From NCBI GenBank assembly GCA_963662335.2, contig CAXXVD010000002.1, positions 224,001 to 288,000 of the forward strand: 64,000 bases of DNA, given 5' to 3'. How positions within the stretch are numbered: the first letter of the stretch is position 1; the number at the start of each line of letters is the position of its first letter. Below are positions 49,085 to 61,141 of this stretch, piece by piece. A model generated the notes under the pieces. It made no database searches. It was given only the letters and a program-made list of their open reading frames with translations, and was not told where the DNA came from. Origin of the DNA: Chloroflexota bacterium. GTDB lineage: Bacteria > Chloroflexota > UBA11872 > VXOZ01. Made by a program: the position numbers and the translations under genes.

Positions 49085-49993
49085 ATGTATCCCAATGGCG
49101 CGGACTTCGCCCTCAGCCTGACGTTCGACGTCGAGATGTGCAGCAATTTTCCCTACTGGACGTCCGTATGGGACCACCGCAAAGGCGCCATCGACGCGGA
49201 CAGCAAACTCTACATGGGCAAGATGCTGGACGTGGCGGATACGTATGGGGTCAAGCTGCAATTCTTCCTGGTGGGCCGCGCGCTGGAAGATCCGGACATC
49301 GACTACCTCAAGCGCATGGCCGCCGAAGGCCACGCGGTGGATAACCACACCTACAACCACGTGAACGTGAAGGCGCGGGAGATCCCGCAACTCCAGCCGG
49401 TCTACGCCAACGCGCCCTGGCGCGCCGCCGGCCTCGATGCCCTGGAATGCATCCGGCGCGAGGTGCGCCAGACTTCCACGGCCATTGCGGAAAAGCTCGG
49501 CGCGGCTCCTACCGGCTTCCGCACGCCCGGCGGCTTCAACAACGGCCTGGACGACGCGCCGGCGGTGCAGGACGTCCTGCGCGACGAGGGCATGGCATAC
49601 GCCTCGGCGCGCTACTATTTTCCGGTGGATCCACAGCGGAAACGTCCGGCGGCGGACGTGCTGAATCAAGCGATGGAAGCCAGCATCGACGCGCTCCAGC
49701 CTTCCCGCTATCCCAACGGCCTGCCGGAACTGCCTTTGGCGGGCATCACCGACATCTGGGCGTTCCGCGTGCTGGACCTGGACCGCTGGGAGTTCATCGA
49801 CGTGCTGAAACACGGCATCGATCACGCCCACGCCCACCGGCAGGCGCTGAGCCTCTGCTTCCATCCGCCGGTGCTTGCCGTGCGCGACCCGCACTGCGAC
49901 ATGCTGCACGGCATCCTGCGCTACGCTCTGGATAAACCCGGCGGCTGCTGGATTACGACGAACCAGGAGATGGCGGCGCATACGCTAAACTAG
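49085..49993 (+). CDS. Polysaccharide deacetylase (CE4/NodB) family, paralogue 1
   Basis: LSLTFDVE, NHTYNH, GFRTPGG and CFHP motifs. Confidence 0.85.
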   Translation: MYPNGADFALSLTFDVEMCSNFPYWTSVWDHRKGAIDADSKLYMGKMLDVADTYGVKLQFFLVGRALEDPDIDYLKRMAAEGHAVDNHTYNHVNVKAREIPQLQPVYANAPWRAAGLDALECIRREVRQTSTAIAEKLGAAPTGFRTPGGFNNGLDDAPAVQDVLRDEGMAYASARYYFPVDPQRKRPAADVLNQAMEASIDALQPSRYPNGLPELPLAGITDIWAFRVLDLDRWEFIDVLKHGIDHAHAHRQALSLCFHPPVLAVRDPHCDMLHGILRYALDKPGGCWITTNQEMAAHTLN

Positions 49994-50339
49994 CCGCCGG
50001 GATTCGGTAGCGGCGCGGCAGATAATCCGTTTGCGCCGGACTGGGAAGCGGGGGACAAGCCCCAATGTTGTCGCATAAACGTAGCGCGGGGGCTTGTCCC
50101 CCGCCGGAGCCATTTGAGCAGACATGCAAAGGATTGACCTAATAGATTCGCAGGTTACAAACCTGCGCTGCTGGAGATTCTGAGCGCGAGTGTTGCTGTC
50201 TTTCTCTTTAATGCGACAGCATTGGGGACAAGGCGACAGCATTAGCGACAAGTCCCCGCGCTACGGCAGACAATCCGTTCGCGCTGAGCCTGTCGAAGCG
50301 CAATCCGCATCGAGCACACCAACACAAAAGGACTCACAC

Positions 50340-51248
50340 ATGTTCCCAAACGGCGCCGAATTCGCGCTCAGCCTCACCTTCGACATCGAGATGACCCCCA
50401 ATTTCCCGTACTGGACCTCCAAGTGGAACCACCGCAAGGGACAGATTGACGAGGGCACCAAGCTCTACCTGCGGCGCATGAGCGAGATCGCCACGGGCTA
50501 CGGCGTCAAGCTGCAATACTTCCTGGTGGGCAGCGCGCTGGAAGACCCGGACATCGACTATCTGAAGCAACTGGTGGACGACGGCCACGCCATCGACAAC
50601 CACACCTACACCCACGTGAACGTCAAGGCCAAGACGATCGACGGCTTGCAGGAGGTCTACGCCAACGCGCCCTGGAAGGCGGCTGGTCTCACGCCTTTGG
50701 AAGCAATCCGCCAGGAAATCCGGCAGACAAGCGACGCGATCGAAGAAAAGTTGGGCGAACGGCCCCAGGGCTTTCGCACGCCGGGCGGCTTCGAGGGCGG
50801 CTTGGACGACGTGCCGGCAGTGCAGGACGTGCTCAAGGACGAGGGCTTTCGCTTTGCCTCGGCCAACTACCACTATCCGGTAGACCCCCAGGTGCGGCAT
50901 CAGCCCACAGAGACGCTGGAGGCGGCCTTCCACGCCAGCTTGAACAAGCTCCAGCCGTACCGCTACCCCAACGGCCTGCTGGAAATCCCCCTCATGGGCA
51001 TCACGTCAATATGGGCCTTCCGGCACATGGACCTGGACCGCTGGGAGTTCATCGACCTGATCAAGGCCGGCGTGGACCACGCGCACGAGAATAAGCAGAT
51101 CTTCAGCTTGTGCTGCCACCCGTCGGACATCGCCGCGCGCGACCCGCACTGCGACATGGTCGACGCCGTGCTGCGCCACGCGCTGGACAAACCCGGCGGC
51201 TGCTGGGCCACCACCAACCGCGAGATTGCGGACCACTTGAATAGTTGA
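50340..51248 (+). CDS. Polysaccharide deacetylase family, paralogue 2
   Basis: Same length (302 aa) and motifs as 49085-49993. Confidence 0.85.
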   Translation: MFPNGAEFALSLTFDIEMTPNFPYWTSKWNHRKGQIDEGTKLYLRRMSEIATGYGVKLQYFLVGSALEDPDIDYLKQLVDDGHAIDNHTYTHVNVKAKTIDGLQEVYANAPWKAAGLTPLEAIRQEIRQTSDAIEEKLGERPQGFRTPGGFEGGLDDVPAVQDVLKDEGFRFASANYHYPVDPQVRHQPTETLEAAFHASLNKLQPYRYPNGLLEIPLMGITSIWAFRHMDLDRWEFIDLIKAGVDHAHENKQIFSLCCHPSDIAARDPHCDMVDAVLRHALDKPGGCWATTNREIADHLNS

Positions 51249-51286
51249 CGTACCCCCGCGCAGAGCGAGAGGATGGCGGAAGCATC

Positions 51287-52405
51287 ATGGAGACTGCGGA
51301 CGTTGTAGTGATCGGCGGCGGCATCGTCGGCACGACGATTACGTATCATCTCGCCAAAGCCGGCGCCGGCAAGGTGGTGCTCTGCGAACGCAAGACGATC
51401 GGCTCCGGCACCAGTTCCATGTCCGGCGCCATGTGCGGCCAGCAGGCGGAGATGACGGACACCATCGCCAGGCTGGCGGTGCGCGCCCGCGACATCTACG
51501 ACAACTTCGGCGACGTCATCGGCGGCGACTGCGGCTTCTTCAAATATGGCATCTTGAATCTCTTCAACACCATGGAGTTAGCCGAAAAGGCGGCCGCGAA
51601 CGCGCGGAAGAACGGCTCGGCGGCGCGCGCTATCACCCTGGACGAGGCCAAAGACTACTACCCGGAAGCCAATCTGGATGGCGCGGGCGCGGCGCTGCTC
51701 TACGGCGAGACCGGCAACGTGGACGCCTACCGCACCATGCAGTCCTACGTGGCCGGCGCGCGGGCGCACGGCGCGGAAATCCGCGAGTTCACGCCGGTTA
51801 CCCACATCCACGCCAAGAACGGGCGCATTGAAAGGCTGGAAACGCCCGGCGGGGCAATCGCGCCCGGCAAGGTGGTGCTCGCCTGCGGGCCGTGGAGCCA
51901 CAAGGTGGCGCGTTCCGCCGGTCTGCGCCTGCCAATCCAGCCCTCGCAGGTCGGCGTCTCGTTCTACCGCCAGCCGCCGGATTTCTACGACCGGCCGCCG
52001 GTCTTTAGCGTAGAACTCGCCATCATCCCCTGGCACAACAAGCACTTCCGCGTCCTCTGCGACCGCCGCAACCCGCTGGTGAAGATCGAACCGGACCCGA
52101 CGAACGCCGTGCCGCCGCAGTGGATGGTGGACTGGACGACGGAGGTGATCCAGCGGCGGCTGCCCAAGATGAAGCGCGGCCGCTTCCAGGGCGCGTACCA
52201 GACCTGCTACGACGACACACCCGACCTGAAACCGCTCCTGGGCTATATTGCGGGCTACGAAAACCTCTTTCTCGATTGCGGCTGGAGCGGCCGGGGCTTC
52301 AAGTTCTCGGTAGCGCTGGGCGAGTACAATGCCAGGTGGATCATGGAAGGTAGAACCGAACTCGATCTCGCGCCCTGGCTGGCCAGCCGTTTCCTGGGCG
52401 CATGA
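51287..52405 (+). CDS. FAD-dependent oxidoreductase (DAO / sarcosine oxidase beta family)
   Basis: IGGGIVG, LACGPWS, TPDLKPLLG and GWSGRGFK motifs. Confidence 0.85.
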   Translation: METADVVVIGGGIVGTTITYHLAKAGAGKVVLCERKTIGSGTSSMSGAMCGQQAEMTDTIARLAVRARDIYDNFGDVIGGDCGFFKYGILNLFNTMELAEKAAANARKNGSAARAITLDEAKDYYPEANLDGAGAALLYGETGNVDAYRTMQSYVAGARAHGAEIREFTPVTHIHAKNGRIERLETPGGAIAPGKVVLACGPWSHKVARSAGLRLPIQPSQVGVSFYRQPPDFYDRPPVFSVELAIIPWHNKHFRVLCDRRNPLVKIEPDPTNAVPPQWMVDWTTEVIQRRLPKMKRGRFQGAYQTCYDDTPDLKPLLGYIAGYENLFLDCGWSGRGFKFSVALGEYNARWIMEGRTELDLAPWLASRFLGA

Positions 52406-52429
52406 GCGGCTGCAGCAAGGATTGATTGC

Positions 52430-53674
<1,245 letters not shown>

Positions 53675-53684
53675 GACGGACACA

Positions 53685-54152
53685 GTGGCGTCTGCGCAGG
53701 AATCAAGCGAAACGAGAGACGACGACACCGCCGCGTGGCTCGACGGCCTGCGCGCCCTCCTGGCCGCCGTGCGAGACACGCCGGTGCATGAGGTAGAATT
53801 GCGCTTTGGCGGAACCGCGGTGCATCTCCGCCGCCGCCCCGGCCTTGTGCGCCAGGCCCCGGCAGTGGCCGCCTCCATGCCGGAGACGGAAGCGCCGCCT
53901 GGGACGACAATTCACGCGCCGCTGAACGGCATCTACTACGACCGCTCAAGCCCGGAAGCCGAGCCGTTCGTGCAGGTGGGAGACCACGTCGGGCCCGGCC
54001 AGGTGGTTGCCCTGATCGAGGCCATGAAAGTCTTCAACGAGGTGCACGCCGAACAGCCCGGCCGCGTGGCGTCATTGCTGGTAGAATCCGGTGACATGGT
54101 GCAGAGCGGGCAAGATTTGATCGCGCTGGAGGCGGAAGCGGCAAGCGCCTAA
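53685..54152 (+). CDS. accB: Biotin carboxyl carrier protein
   Basis: APLNGIYY..SP...FVQVGD and EAMKVFNEV biotinylation motif. Confidence 0.88.
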   Translation: MASAQESSETRDDDTAAWLDGLRALLAAVRDTPVHEVELRFGGTAVHLRRRPGLVRQAPAVAASMPETEAPPGTTIHAPLNGIYYDRSSPEAEPFVQVGDHVGPGQVVALIEAMKVFNEVHAEQPGRVASLLVESGDMVQSGQDLIALEAEAASA

Positions 54153-54368
54153 CGCAAGCGCCTGCCTGGACTTCCTTTCCCGCGTAGCGCGGGGGCTTGT
54201 CCCCCGCACGTGCGGCCGGGGACGCAGGTTACAAACCTGCGCTACCGGACTGGCGGAAAGTAGCGCGGGGGCTTGTCCCCCGCCTGTGGCAGCAGGTACA
54301 GGTAAAGACATCGCACAGGTCGCACACCCAACGAACACGGCAGAAGCCTGCGCTAAGGAGCGAAGCAG

Positions 54369-54962
54369 ATGACGGCACGAGAGACGATACTCAGCGGCGC
54401 AAACGCGCGCGGCGCGCTCACGGCAATCGCCATTGCGACCTTTGCGGCGGGGCTGCTTGCCCTGTCGGCGCGGGCGGAGTTTCACCTGTGGTTCACGCCG
54501 GTGCCCATCACGCTGCAAGTGCTGGTGGTGCTGCTCATCGGCCTCAGTTTCTCGCCGCGCCTCTCGTTCCTGGCCCTGGCCGAATACGTCGGCGCCGGCA
54601 TCGCGGGCCTGCCGGTCTTCTCCGGCGGCGGCTCCGGCATTGCCTGGATGCTGGGGCCAACCGGCGGCTACATCTGGGGCTTCCTGTTTGCCGCGCCGCT
54701 GGTCGGCATTCTCGTCCGCTGGCTGGGGCCCCGTTGGGCAATCGTCGCGGCCCTGGCCGGCATTGCCGTCATCTACGTGCTTGGTTGGTACCACCTATCC
54801 CAGTGGTACTATCTGGTGAGAGACGAACTCAGCCCGTGGCTGCTCGCCTACCGCAACGGCGTGGAGCCGTTCGTCTTGATTGACATTGCAAAGGCCATCG
54901 TGGCCGTCGGCCTGGTGTACGGCGCCGCGCGCCTGGGCCTGCCCATGGGCAAGCGGGAGTGA
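54369..54962 (+). CDS. bioY: Biotin transporter BioY
   Basis: PVPITLQ, GLPVFSGG and GPTGGYIWGF motifs. Confidence 0.92.
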   Translation: MTARETILSGANARGALTAIAIATFAAGLLALSARAEFHLWFTPVPITLQVLVVLLIGLSFSPRLSFLALAEYVGAGIAGLPVFSGGGSGIAWMLGPTGGYIWGFLFAAPLVGILVRWLGPRWAIVAALAGIAVIYVLGWYHLSQWYYLVRDELSPWLLAYRNGVEPFVLIDIAKAIVAVGLVYGAARLGLPMGKRE

Positions 54963-54997
54963 GCGGACGCGGCAGCAGCCCCACGTTCCCGCTCCTG

Positions 54998-55163
54998 GGC
55001 TGACAGGGGTAGGTAAATGTCATTCCGAGCGCAGCGAGGAATCTAAAAGATGCTGATTTTGCAGGGCTGCGCTCTGGATTCCGCGAACAGGGTTCGACAC
55101 TGCGCTGCGCTCCGTTCGGAATGACAGGTGAAGTCGATTATAGAATGCCTACCCCTGTCAGCC
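54998..55163. mobile_element. MITE with GGC...GCC 18-bp terminal IRs enclosing a family B doublet
   Basis: GGCTGACAGGGGTAGGTA / TGCCTACCCCTGTCAGCC match at 17/18. Flanks GCTCCTG and TCTCCTG. Confidence 0.65.
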
Positions 55164-55318
55164 TCTCCTGGGGGAGAGGGTTAGGGTGAGGGGGACTTCT
55201 AGCCGCCGGACGCGCCGCCGGCCACTTTCTAAACAGGCGCCGGTGGTTATATACTTGATGCGGAGCTTTGGCGTCTTATCGTACTATCCCGTTTGTACAA
55301 CGTGTAGAGGAGCTAGGC

Positions 55319-55558
55319 ATGAGCGATACGCTGGAACAGGTAAAGGCGGTAGTGGCGGACAAGCTCGGCGCGGACGCCGCCGAGATTACCGAGGATACGC
55401 GCTTCCAGGAGGACCTGGAAGCGGACTCGCTCGATCTTGTCGAACTCATCATGGCGCTGGAAGATGAGTACAGCATCCAGATTTCCGATGAAGAGGCGCA
55501 GGAAATCCGCAGTATCAAGGATGCCGTAGCGTATATCGAACAGCAGACCTCCGGCTAG
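55319..55558 (+). CDS. acpP: Acyl carrier protein
   Basis: DLEADSLDLVELIMALEDE. Confidence 0.95.
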   Translation: MSDTLEQVKAVVADKLGADAAEITEDTRFQEDLEADSLDLVELIMALEDEYSIQISDEEAQEIRSIKDAVAYIEQQTSG

Positions 55559-55657
55559 CGCCGCTCTTGTCCCCTCTCCCTGGGGGAGAGGGCGAGGGTG
55601 AGGGTTAAGCGGAGAGAAGCACTGCGTAGAAGGGGCGCTCGCGCGGACACGCCTGCT

Positions 55658-56425
55658 ATGGATCTTGCGCTCAACGGACACGTTGCCCTGGTCACCGGCG
55701 CCAGCCGCGGCATTGGCAAAGGCATCGCCGCCGCGCTGGCGGCGGAAGGCTGCAAACTGGCCATCTGCGCCCGGGGCGCGGACACGCTGGCGGAAACGGC
55801 GGCGGAACTGCGGGCCGGCGGCGCGGCGGTCCACGCCATCGCGCGCGACGTCACCGAACCGGACGCGGCGGCGCACATCGTCGCCGAAACCGCTGCGGCC
55901 TTCGGCCAACTCAACATCCTCGTGAACAACGTCGGCGGCAACAACCGCACGCCGTTCGGGCAACAGAGCGATGCAGAGTGGCGGGAGGTCATCGACGCGA
56001 ACCTGCTGGCGGGCGTGCGCATGACCCGCGCCGCGCTGCCGCATCTGGCCGCGGCCGGCGGCTCGGTGGTGTTCGTCGCGTCGATTTGGGGCCGGGAACT
56101 TGGCGGGCCGCCCGTCTACGTCAGCACGAAAGCCGCCGCCATCGGCCTGGCGTCCAGCCTGGCCCGCGAACTCGCGCCCCAAGGTATACGCGTGAACAGC
56201 GTCGCGCCGGGGTCGATCCGCTTTTCCGGCGGCAGTTGGGACCGGCGCGTGCGCGACGACCCGGCGGGCATGGCCGACTTCGTGGCGCGGGAGATTCCCG
56301 GCGGCCGCTTCGGCACGGTGGCGGAAGTGGCCGACGTGGTCGCGTTCCTCGCCTCGCCCCGCGCCGGTTGGGTGAACGGCGCGTGCATCCCGGTGGACGG
56401 CTGCCAGTCCCGCTCGCTTATCTAG
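55658..56425 (+). CDS. Short-chain dehydrogenase/reductase
   Basis: TGASRGIG, NNVG, YVSTK and VNSVAPG motifs. Confidence 0.9.
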   Translation: MDLALNGHVALVTGASRGIGKGIAAALAAEGCKLAICARGADTLAETAAELRAGGAAVHAIARDVTEPDAAAHIVAETAAAFGQLNILVNNVGGNNRTPFGQQSDAEWREVIDANLLAGVRMTRAALPHLAAAGGSVVFVASIWGRELGGPPVYVSTKAAAIGLASSLARELAPQGIRVNSVAPGSIRFSGGSWDRRVRDDPAGMADFVAREIPGGRFGTVAEVADVVAFLASPRAGWVNGACIPVDGCQSRSLI

Positions 56426-56750
56426 GCAGCGCCGAGACGGCGGCTATGCTCGGCGCGGCTCACGTTGCGGGCAACCGCTCGGTGTCACTCCTGTACGTGT
56501 TGAGTAGTCACCATGGCCGGACAATGGCCGCACAAGGGAATGAGAGTGACAGCGCGTTCTCTGTCCGTCATTCCCGCGAACGCGGGAATGACGGATTACG
56601 TCGCGCCACTTTCAGATTTATCCTCTGGCAAATTCTCCGTCTCACACTGGGTGTTGACTGCTAGCTTCAATCCCAGCGCAGCGAGGAATCTCAGGCGCAG
56701 GTTGCAAACCCGCGCTACCGGAGAGAAGCATATGACGATTGGAGTGCCCC

Positions 56751-57494
56751 GTGCCGGCTGACCGCTCTGGCGATGATCTTGACAAGCTCCGCAACGTCCT
56801 CGGCGCGCCCGGCGCGGACTCGGCGCTCATTACGCAAGCTCTCACGCACCGTTCATATGCCCACGAACACGGCCTCTCAAGTCTTTACAGCAATGAACGG
56901 CTGGAGTTTCTCGGCGATGCCGTTATCGAACTGGTGGTAGCCGATCTCCTCTACCGCCGGTATCCCACCAAGACCGAAGGGGAATTGACGCGCCTGCGGG
57001 CGGCGCTGGTGCGCAAGGAGCGCTTGTGCCTCCTGGCGCAGGACGCGGGCCTGGGCGCGCTGCTCCGCCTGGGCAAGGGTGAAGAAGCGAATCGCGGCCG
57101 GGAGCGCGACTCCATCCTGGCGAGCGGCTTCGAAGCGGTGATCGGCGCGCTCTTCCTGGAAACCTCGTACGCGCACGTGCGGACCGTGCTCTTGCCGCAC
57201 GTGGAAGCGGCGGCGGCGCACGTTTTGAGCACCGCCAGCGACCGCAACGCCAAGACCGAACTGCAAGAGTGCCTGCAAGCGGAGCACAACGTCACGCCGA
57301 CGTATCGGGTGCTGCGCGCCAGCGGCGCCGACCACGCCAAACACTTCGTCGTGGGCGTCTACCAGGAGAAGATCCTGCTCGCAACCGGCGAAGGCGCCAA
57401 CACCCAAAAGGCCGAGCAAGCGGCCGCGGCCCGGGCGCTGGCGCAAATCCAGGCTAAAGAACCGCTGGCGGCAGATCCCGCGACGCTCTCCTAG
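56751..57494 (+). CDS. rnc: Ribonuclease III
   Basis: ALTHRSY, NERLEFLGDA and C-terminal dsRBD (KTELQE...AEQAAA). Confidence 0.95.
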   Translation: MPADRSGDDLDKLRNVLGAPGADSALITQALTHRSYAHEHGLSSLYSNERLEFLGDAVIELVVADLLYRRYPTKTEGELTRLRAALVRKERLCLLAQDAGLGALLRLGKGEEANRGRERDSILASGFEAVIGALFLETSYAHVRTVLLPHVEAAAAHVLSTASDRNAKTELQECLQAEHNVTPTYRVLRASGADHAKHFVVGVYQEKILLATGEGANTQKAEQAAAARALAQIQAKEPLAADPATLS

Positions 57495-57499
57495 TCCTT

Positions 57500-60400
57500 A
57501 TGTTCCTCACCCAACTCGAAATCCACGGCTTCAAGACCTTCCCCACCCGCACCACGCTGGCTTTTCCCCAGGGCATCAGCGCCATCGTCGGTCCGAACGG
57601 CAGTGGCAAGAGCAACCTGGCCGACGCCATCCGCTGGGCGCTGGGCGAGCAGAGCATGCTGGCCCTACGGGGACGCAAGAGCGAGGACGTGGTCTTTGCG
57701 GGCACGCCGCGCCGCGCCCGCAGCGGCATGACCGAGGTCGCGCTCACGTTCGACAACGAGGACGGGGCCTTCCCGCTGGAACTTGCCGAGATCAGCATCG
57801 CGCGGCGGGCGTACCGCTCCGGCGAGAACGAGTATCTCCTCAACGGCAATCGCGTGCGCCTGCGCGACATCCAGCAACTCCTGGCGGAAGCCGGCATCGG
57901 CCAGGGACTCATGATCGGCCAGGGGCTGGTGGACCAGGTGCTGGCGCAGCGGCCGGAGGAGCGCCGCGTCCTGCTGGAAGAAGCCGCGGGCGTGCGCGCG
58001 CTCTACATGCAGGAGCACGAGGCGGAGAATAAGCTGGCCCGCGTCCACGACAACATGAACCGCGTGCGCGACATCCTGCTGGAGTTGGAGCCGCGCCTGA
58101 CCCTGCTCGAAACCCAAGCCCAAGAGGCCCAGAAAGCGGAGACGCTCCAGGGGGAACTCGCCCAGACGCTGCACGATTGGTACGCGGCGCAACTGGCGCA
58201 ACTGGTGGCGGAGGAAGAAGCGGCCGGCCGGGACGTAGCAGGAATCCAGGCAACGCTCGCCACGCTGGAAGCGGAACTCGCCGGCCAAGCCCGCGAGCGC
58301 CGGCGTTTGGAGCAGGAAACGCAGGAACACGAGCAGTCCCTGCACCGCACCGAGGCGCGCCTGGCGGGTCTGCGCACCCGCCAGCGCGACCTGGCGCAAC
58401 GGCAGGCCGTCCAGCAGGAACGGCACACCCATTTGCAACGCGGCGTGGAGGAAGCCGCGGCCCGTGAAGCGGAGCTTGCCGAGCGCCACGCCGCCGTCGC
58501 CGCGCGCCTGCCGCGGCGGGAAACCGCCCTGGCGGACACAACCGAGGCGCTCACCGCGCGCCAGGCGGAGTGGCACGCGGCCAGGGACGGCATCGCGGAC
58601 CAGGAACGCGCGCGCCAGGAGGCCGATGAAGCCCTGCAAGCGTTGCGGCAGGAGGGCGTTGCCGTTGCCGAGCGGCTGAGCAGCCTCAACGCGGCGATCA
58701 ACGACGCGAAACGCCAACGCGAAGCGGTATTGACCCGCGCCGCGGAAGCGGCGGAACAACTGCAACACGTCCGCACGCAACAGCGCGACCGGGCGGCGTC
58801 CCTGGCGACGTTGCGGGAACGAGCGGATTCGCTCCACGCGCAGGCAGCCGCCGCGCACGCCGCCAACGCCGCCGCGGAAGCGGCGCGGGCCGAGACGGAG
58901 CAAGTGGCCCGCGACCTGGAGCGCGCGCGCCAAACATCGCTGCGCCTACGCGCCGACCTGGAAGGCCGCGCCGCCGCTTTGCACGCGCTCCTGGCGGGCG
59001 CTTCCGCCGGTGATGAACTCGCGCCCGCGGCGGTTGCGGCCCAGGCGGGCGTGCCGCTGCTGCCCACGCTTGCCGGGGTAGACCTGCCGGATACCTGCGC
59101 CACCGCGCTGGCGGCGGCCCTGCCCAGCGAGGCGTTCCTGGCCGCCACGGGCACGGACGCGGCGCAACTCGTCGCCCACGCGGTCAGCGCGGGAGCCGCA
59201 CAGGCCACCGTGCTGGCAGCCGACCTCCTGGCCGCGCCGGCGCTGCCGCCGCCCGCTCTCCCCGGCGTAGTCGGCTGCGCCGCCGACCTTGTCGCGTTGC
59301 CCCCGGCGAGCGCCGCGCTGGAGCCGGTGCTGCGCGCCATTCTGGTGGTAGAAGACATCTCCGCCGCGCTTGCCGTTGCCGCCCGGCAGCCCTGGCCGCT
59401 GCTCGTCAGCCTGGACGGCGTGGTCTACGGCGGCGGCGTCTTCCGCTATGCTCAGGCGTCCGCGCAACGCGGCCGGCAGCACGCCCAGTATGCGCGGCTT
59501 GCCGCGCGCCTAGCCGAAGTGCGCCGCCAGTGCGAAGAGTTGGAGGAAAGAGAAACCGCCCTGCGCGCCCAGTTGGAACAAGCGCGCGCGGCGGCCCAGG
59601 AAACGGCTACGGCGCACGCCCAGCGTCTCGACGCGGCCCGCGCCGCCGCCACCGCGTTGCAACGACACACGCAAGAGTATGACGAGTTGACCCGCCAGTG
59701 CGCCTGGTGGGAGCAGGTAGAGCAGGAGGCGCGCGCGCAGCGAGATGAGTTCGCGGAGACCATCGCCGCCCGCGAGCGTGAAGCGCCGCTGGCCGTTGCC
59801 GCCCGGGAGCGCCTGGCGCGGGCAATCGGCGAGCGGGAGCGGGCAAGCCATACGCTGCAACAGGAGGTGGAAGCCCAGCGCGCCGCCGTGAGCGCCTTGC
59901 AGACACAACTCGCCGTCCAGCAGCAGCGCAAAGAGCACCTGACGCGCGCCATTACCCAGTTGCGCGCCGACCAACGCGGATTGGAGCGCGAACGCGGCCG
60001 GAGCGCCCACACCCGCGCCGAGCGGGAAGAGGCGCTGCGTGCGCTCCGGGCAGACCTGACGGCAACCGGAGCGGCTGTGCAGCAGACGGCAGCCCACGTG
60101 GAAGAAGCCGCCGCGCAAAGAGCGCAACAACGCGCCGCATTGGAGCAGTTGCGCGTGCGGCTCGGCGTTTGCGCCCAGACCTGCGCCGACCTGGAAGAAG
60201 AACGGACCGCCCGTGAACGGGACTGCATTCGCGCCGAGCAGGCGCTGGCCGGCGTGCGGCAGCGGCGTGAGGATACGGTGGTGCGCTGGTTGAGCGACGA
60301 GCCGGACGCGGAGCCGGTTCCCACGCCTTCCGCCGAACCCGTGGAAACCTTGCAGCGCCGGGTCGCGTCGCTGCGCAACCGCCTGCGCCGCATCGGCCCG

Positions 60401-61018
60401 GTCAATCCCCTGGCCGTGGCAGAGTTCACCCAGTTGCGGGAGCGCGCGGACTTCCTCCGCGAGCAGGTGGCGGATCTGGAAGCCGCCGCGCGCGACCTGG
60501 ACGAGGTGAAGCGCCAACTCCGCCGCACCATTCGCGACGACTTCCTGGCTACCTGCCAGCAGGTGGCGGCGGACTTTCGCGCCATGGTGCAGGCGCTCTT
60601 CGACGGCGGCGACGCCGAACTGAGCCTGACCGATCCCCACAATCCCGCCGAGACCGGTATCGAAATCACCGTGCGCCTGCCGGGCAAGCGGCGGCAGGCG
60701 CTCTCGCTCCTCTCCGGCGGCGAGCGCGCGCTGGTGGCGCTGGCCCTGCTCTTTGCGCTGCTCAGCGCCCGCGCCGCGCCGCTCTGCCTGCTGGACGAGG
60801 CGGACGCGATGCTGGATGAGACGAATACCGTCCGCTTCTGCCGCCTGCTCCGCGAATACGGCCGCCGCACCCAGTTCTTGGTGATTACGCACAATCGTGG
60901 CACTATGGAGATGGCGGACGCGCTCTTTGGTGTTAGCATGGTAGAGGAGGGTGTATCGCAGGTGCTCTCCCTCCGCCTGGAAGAGTTGCGCGAACAGGTG
61001 CTTTCGCCCACGGGCTAG
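57500..61018 (+). CDS. smc: Chromosome segregation protein SMC
   Basis: GPNGSGKSN, long coiled coils, hinge, LSGGE and LLDEAD..LD. Confidence 0.93.
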   Translation: MFLTQLEIHGFKTFPTRTTLAFPQGISAIVGPNGSGKSNLADAIRWALGEQSMLALRGRKSEDVVFAGTPRRARSGMTEVALTFDNEDGAFPLELAEISIARRAYRSGENEYLLNGNRVRLRDIQQLLAEAGIGQGLMIGQGLVDQVLAQRPEERRVLLEEAAGVRALYMQEHEAENKLARVHDNMNRVRDILLELEPRLTLLETQAQEAQKAETLQGELAQTLHDWYAAQLAQLVAEEEAAGRDVAGIQATLATLEAELAGQARERRRLEQETQEHEQSLHRTEARLAGLRTRQRDLAQRQAVQQERHTHLQRGVEEAAAREAELAERHAAVAARLPRRETALADTTEALTARQAEWHAARDGIADQERARQEADEALQALRQEGVAVAERLSSLNAAINDAKRQREAVLTRAAEAAEQLQHVRTQQRDRAASLATLRERADSLHAQAAAAHAANAAAEAARAETEQVARDLERARQTSLRLRADLEGRAAALHALLAGASAGDELAPAAVAAQAGVPLLPTLAGVDLPDTCATALAAALPSEAFLAATGTDAAQLVAHAVSAGAAQATVLAADLLAAPALPPPALPGVVGCAADLVALPPASAALEPVLRAILVVEDISAALAVAARQPWPLLVSLDGVVYGGGVFRYAQASAQRGRQHAQYARLAARLAEVRRQCEELEERETALRAQLEQARAAAQETATAHAQRLDAARAAATALQRHTQEYDELTRQCAWWEQVEQEARAQRDEFAETIAAREREAPLAVAARERLARAIGERERASHTLQQEVEAQRAAVSALQTQLAVQQQRKEHLTRAITQLRADQRGLERERGRSAHTRAEREEALRALRADLTATGAAVQQTAAHVEEAAAQRAQQRAALEQLRVRLGVCAQTCADLEEERTARERDCIRAEQALAGVRQRREDTVVRWLSDEPDAEPVPTPSAEPVETLQRRVASLRNRLRRIGPVNPLAVAEFTQLRERADFLREQVADLEAAARDLDEVKRQLRRTIRDDFLATCQQVAADFRAMVQALFDGGDAELSLTDPHNPAETGIEITVRLPGKRRQALSLLSGGERALVALALLFALLSARAAPLCLLDEADAMLDETNTVRFCRLLREYGRRTQFLVITHNRGTMEMADALFGVSMVEEGVSQVLSLRLEELREQVLSPTG

Positions 61019-61141
61019 AAGCCCACAGGCAAGAGCAGACGCGCTAGAGGCTGCGCGGCCCCGTCCGTTCCCTGCCACTGGTCCGCCGCCCTGCCTTTGG
61101 GCGGTTGTTCTGCCGTTGGGTGGTCGGCGCGCCGGAGTCCG

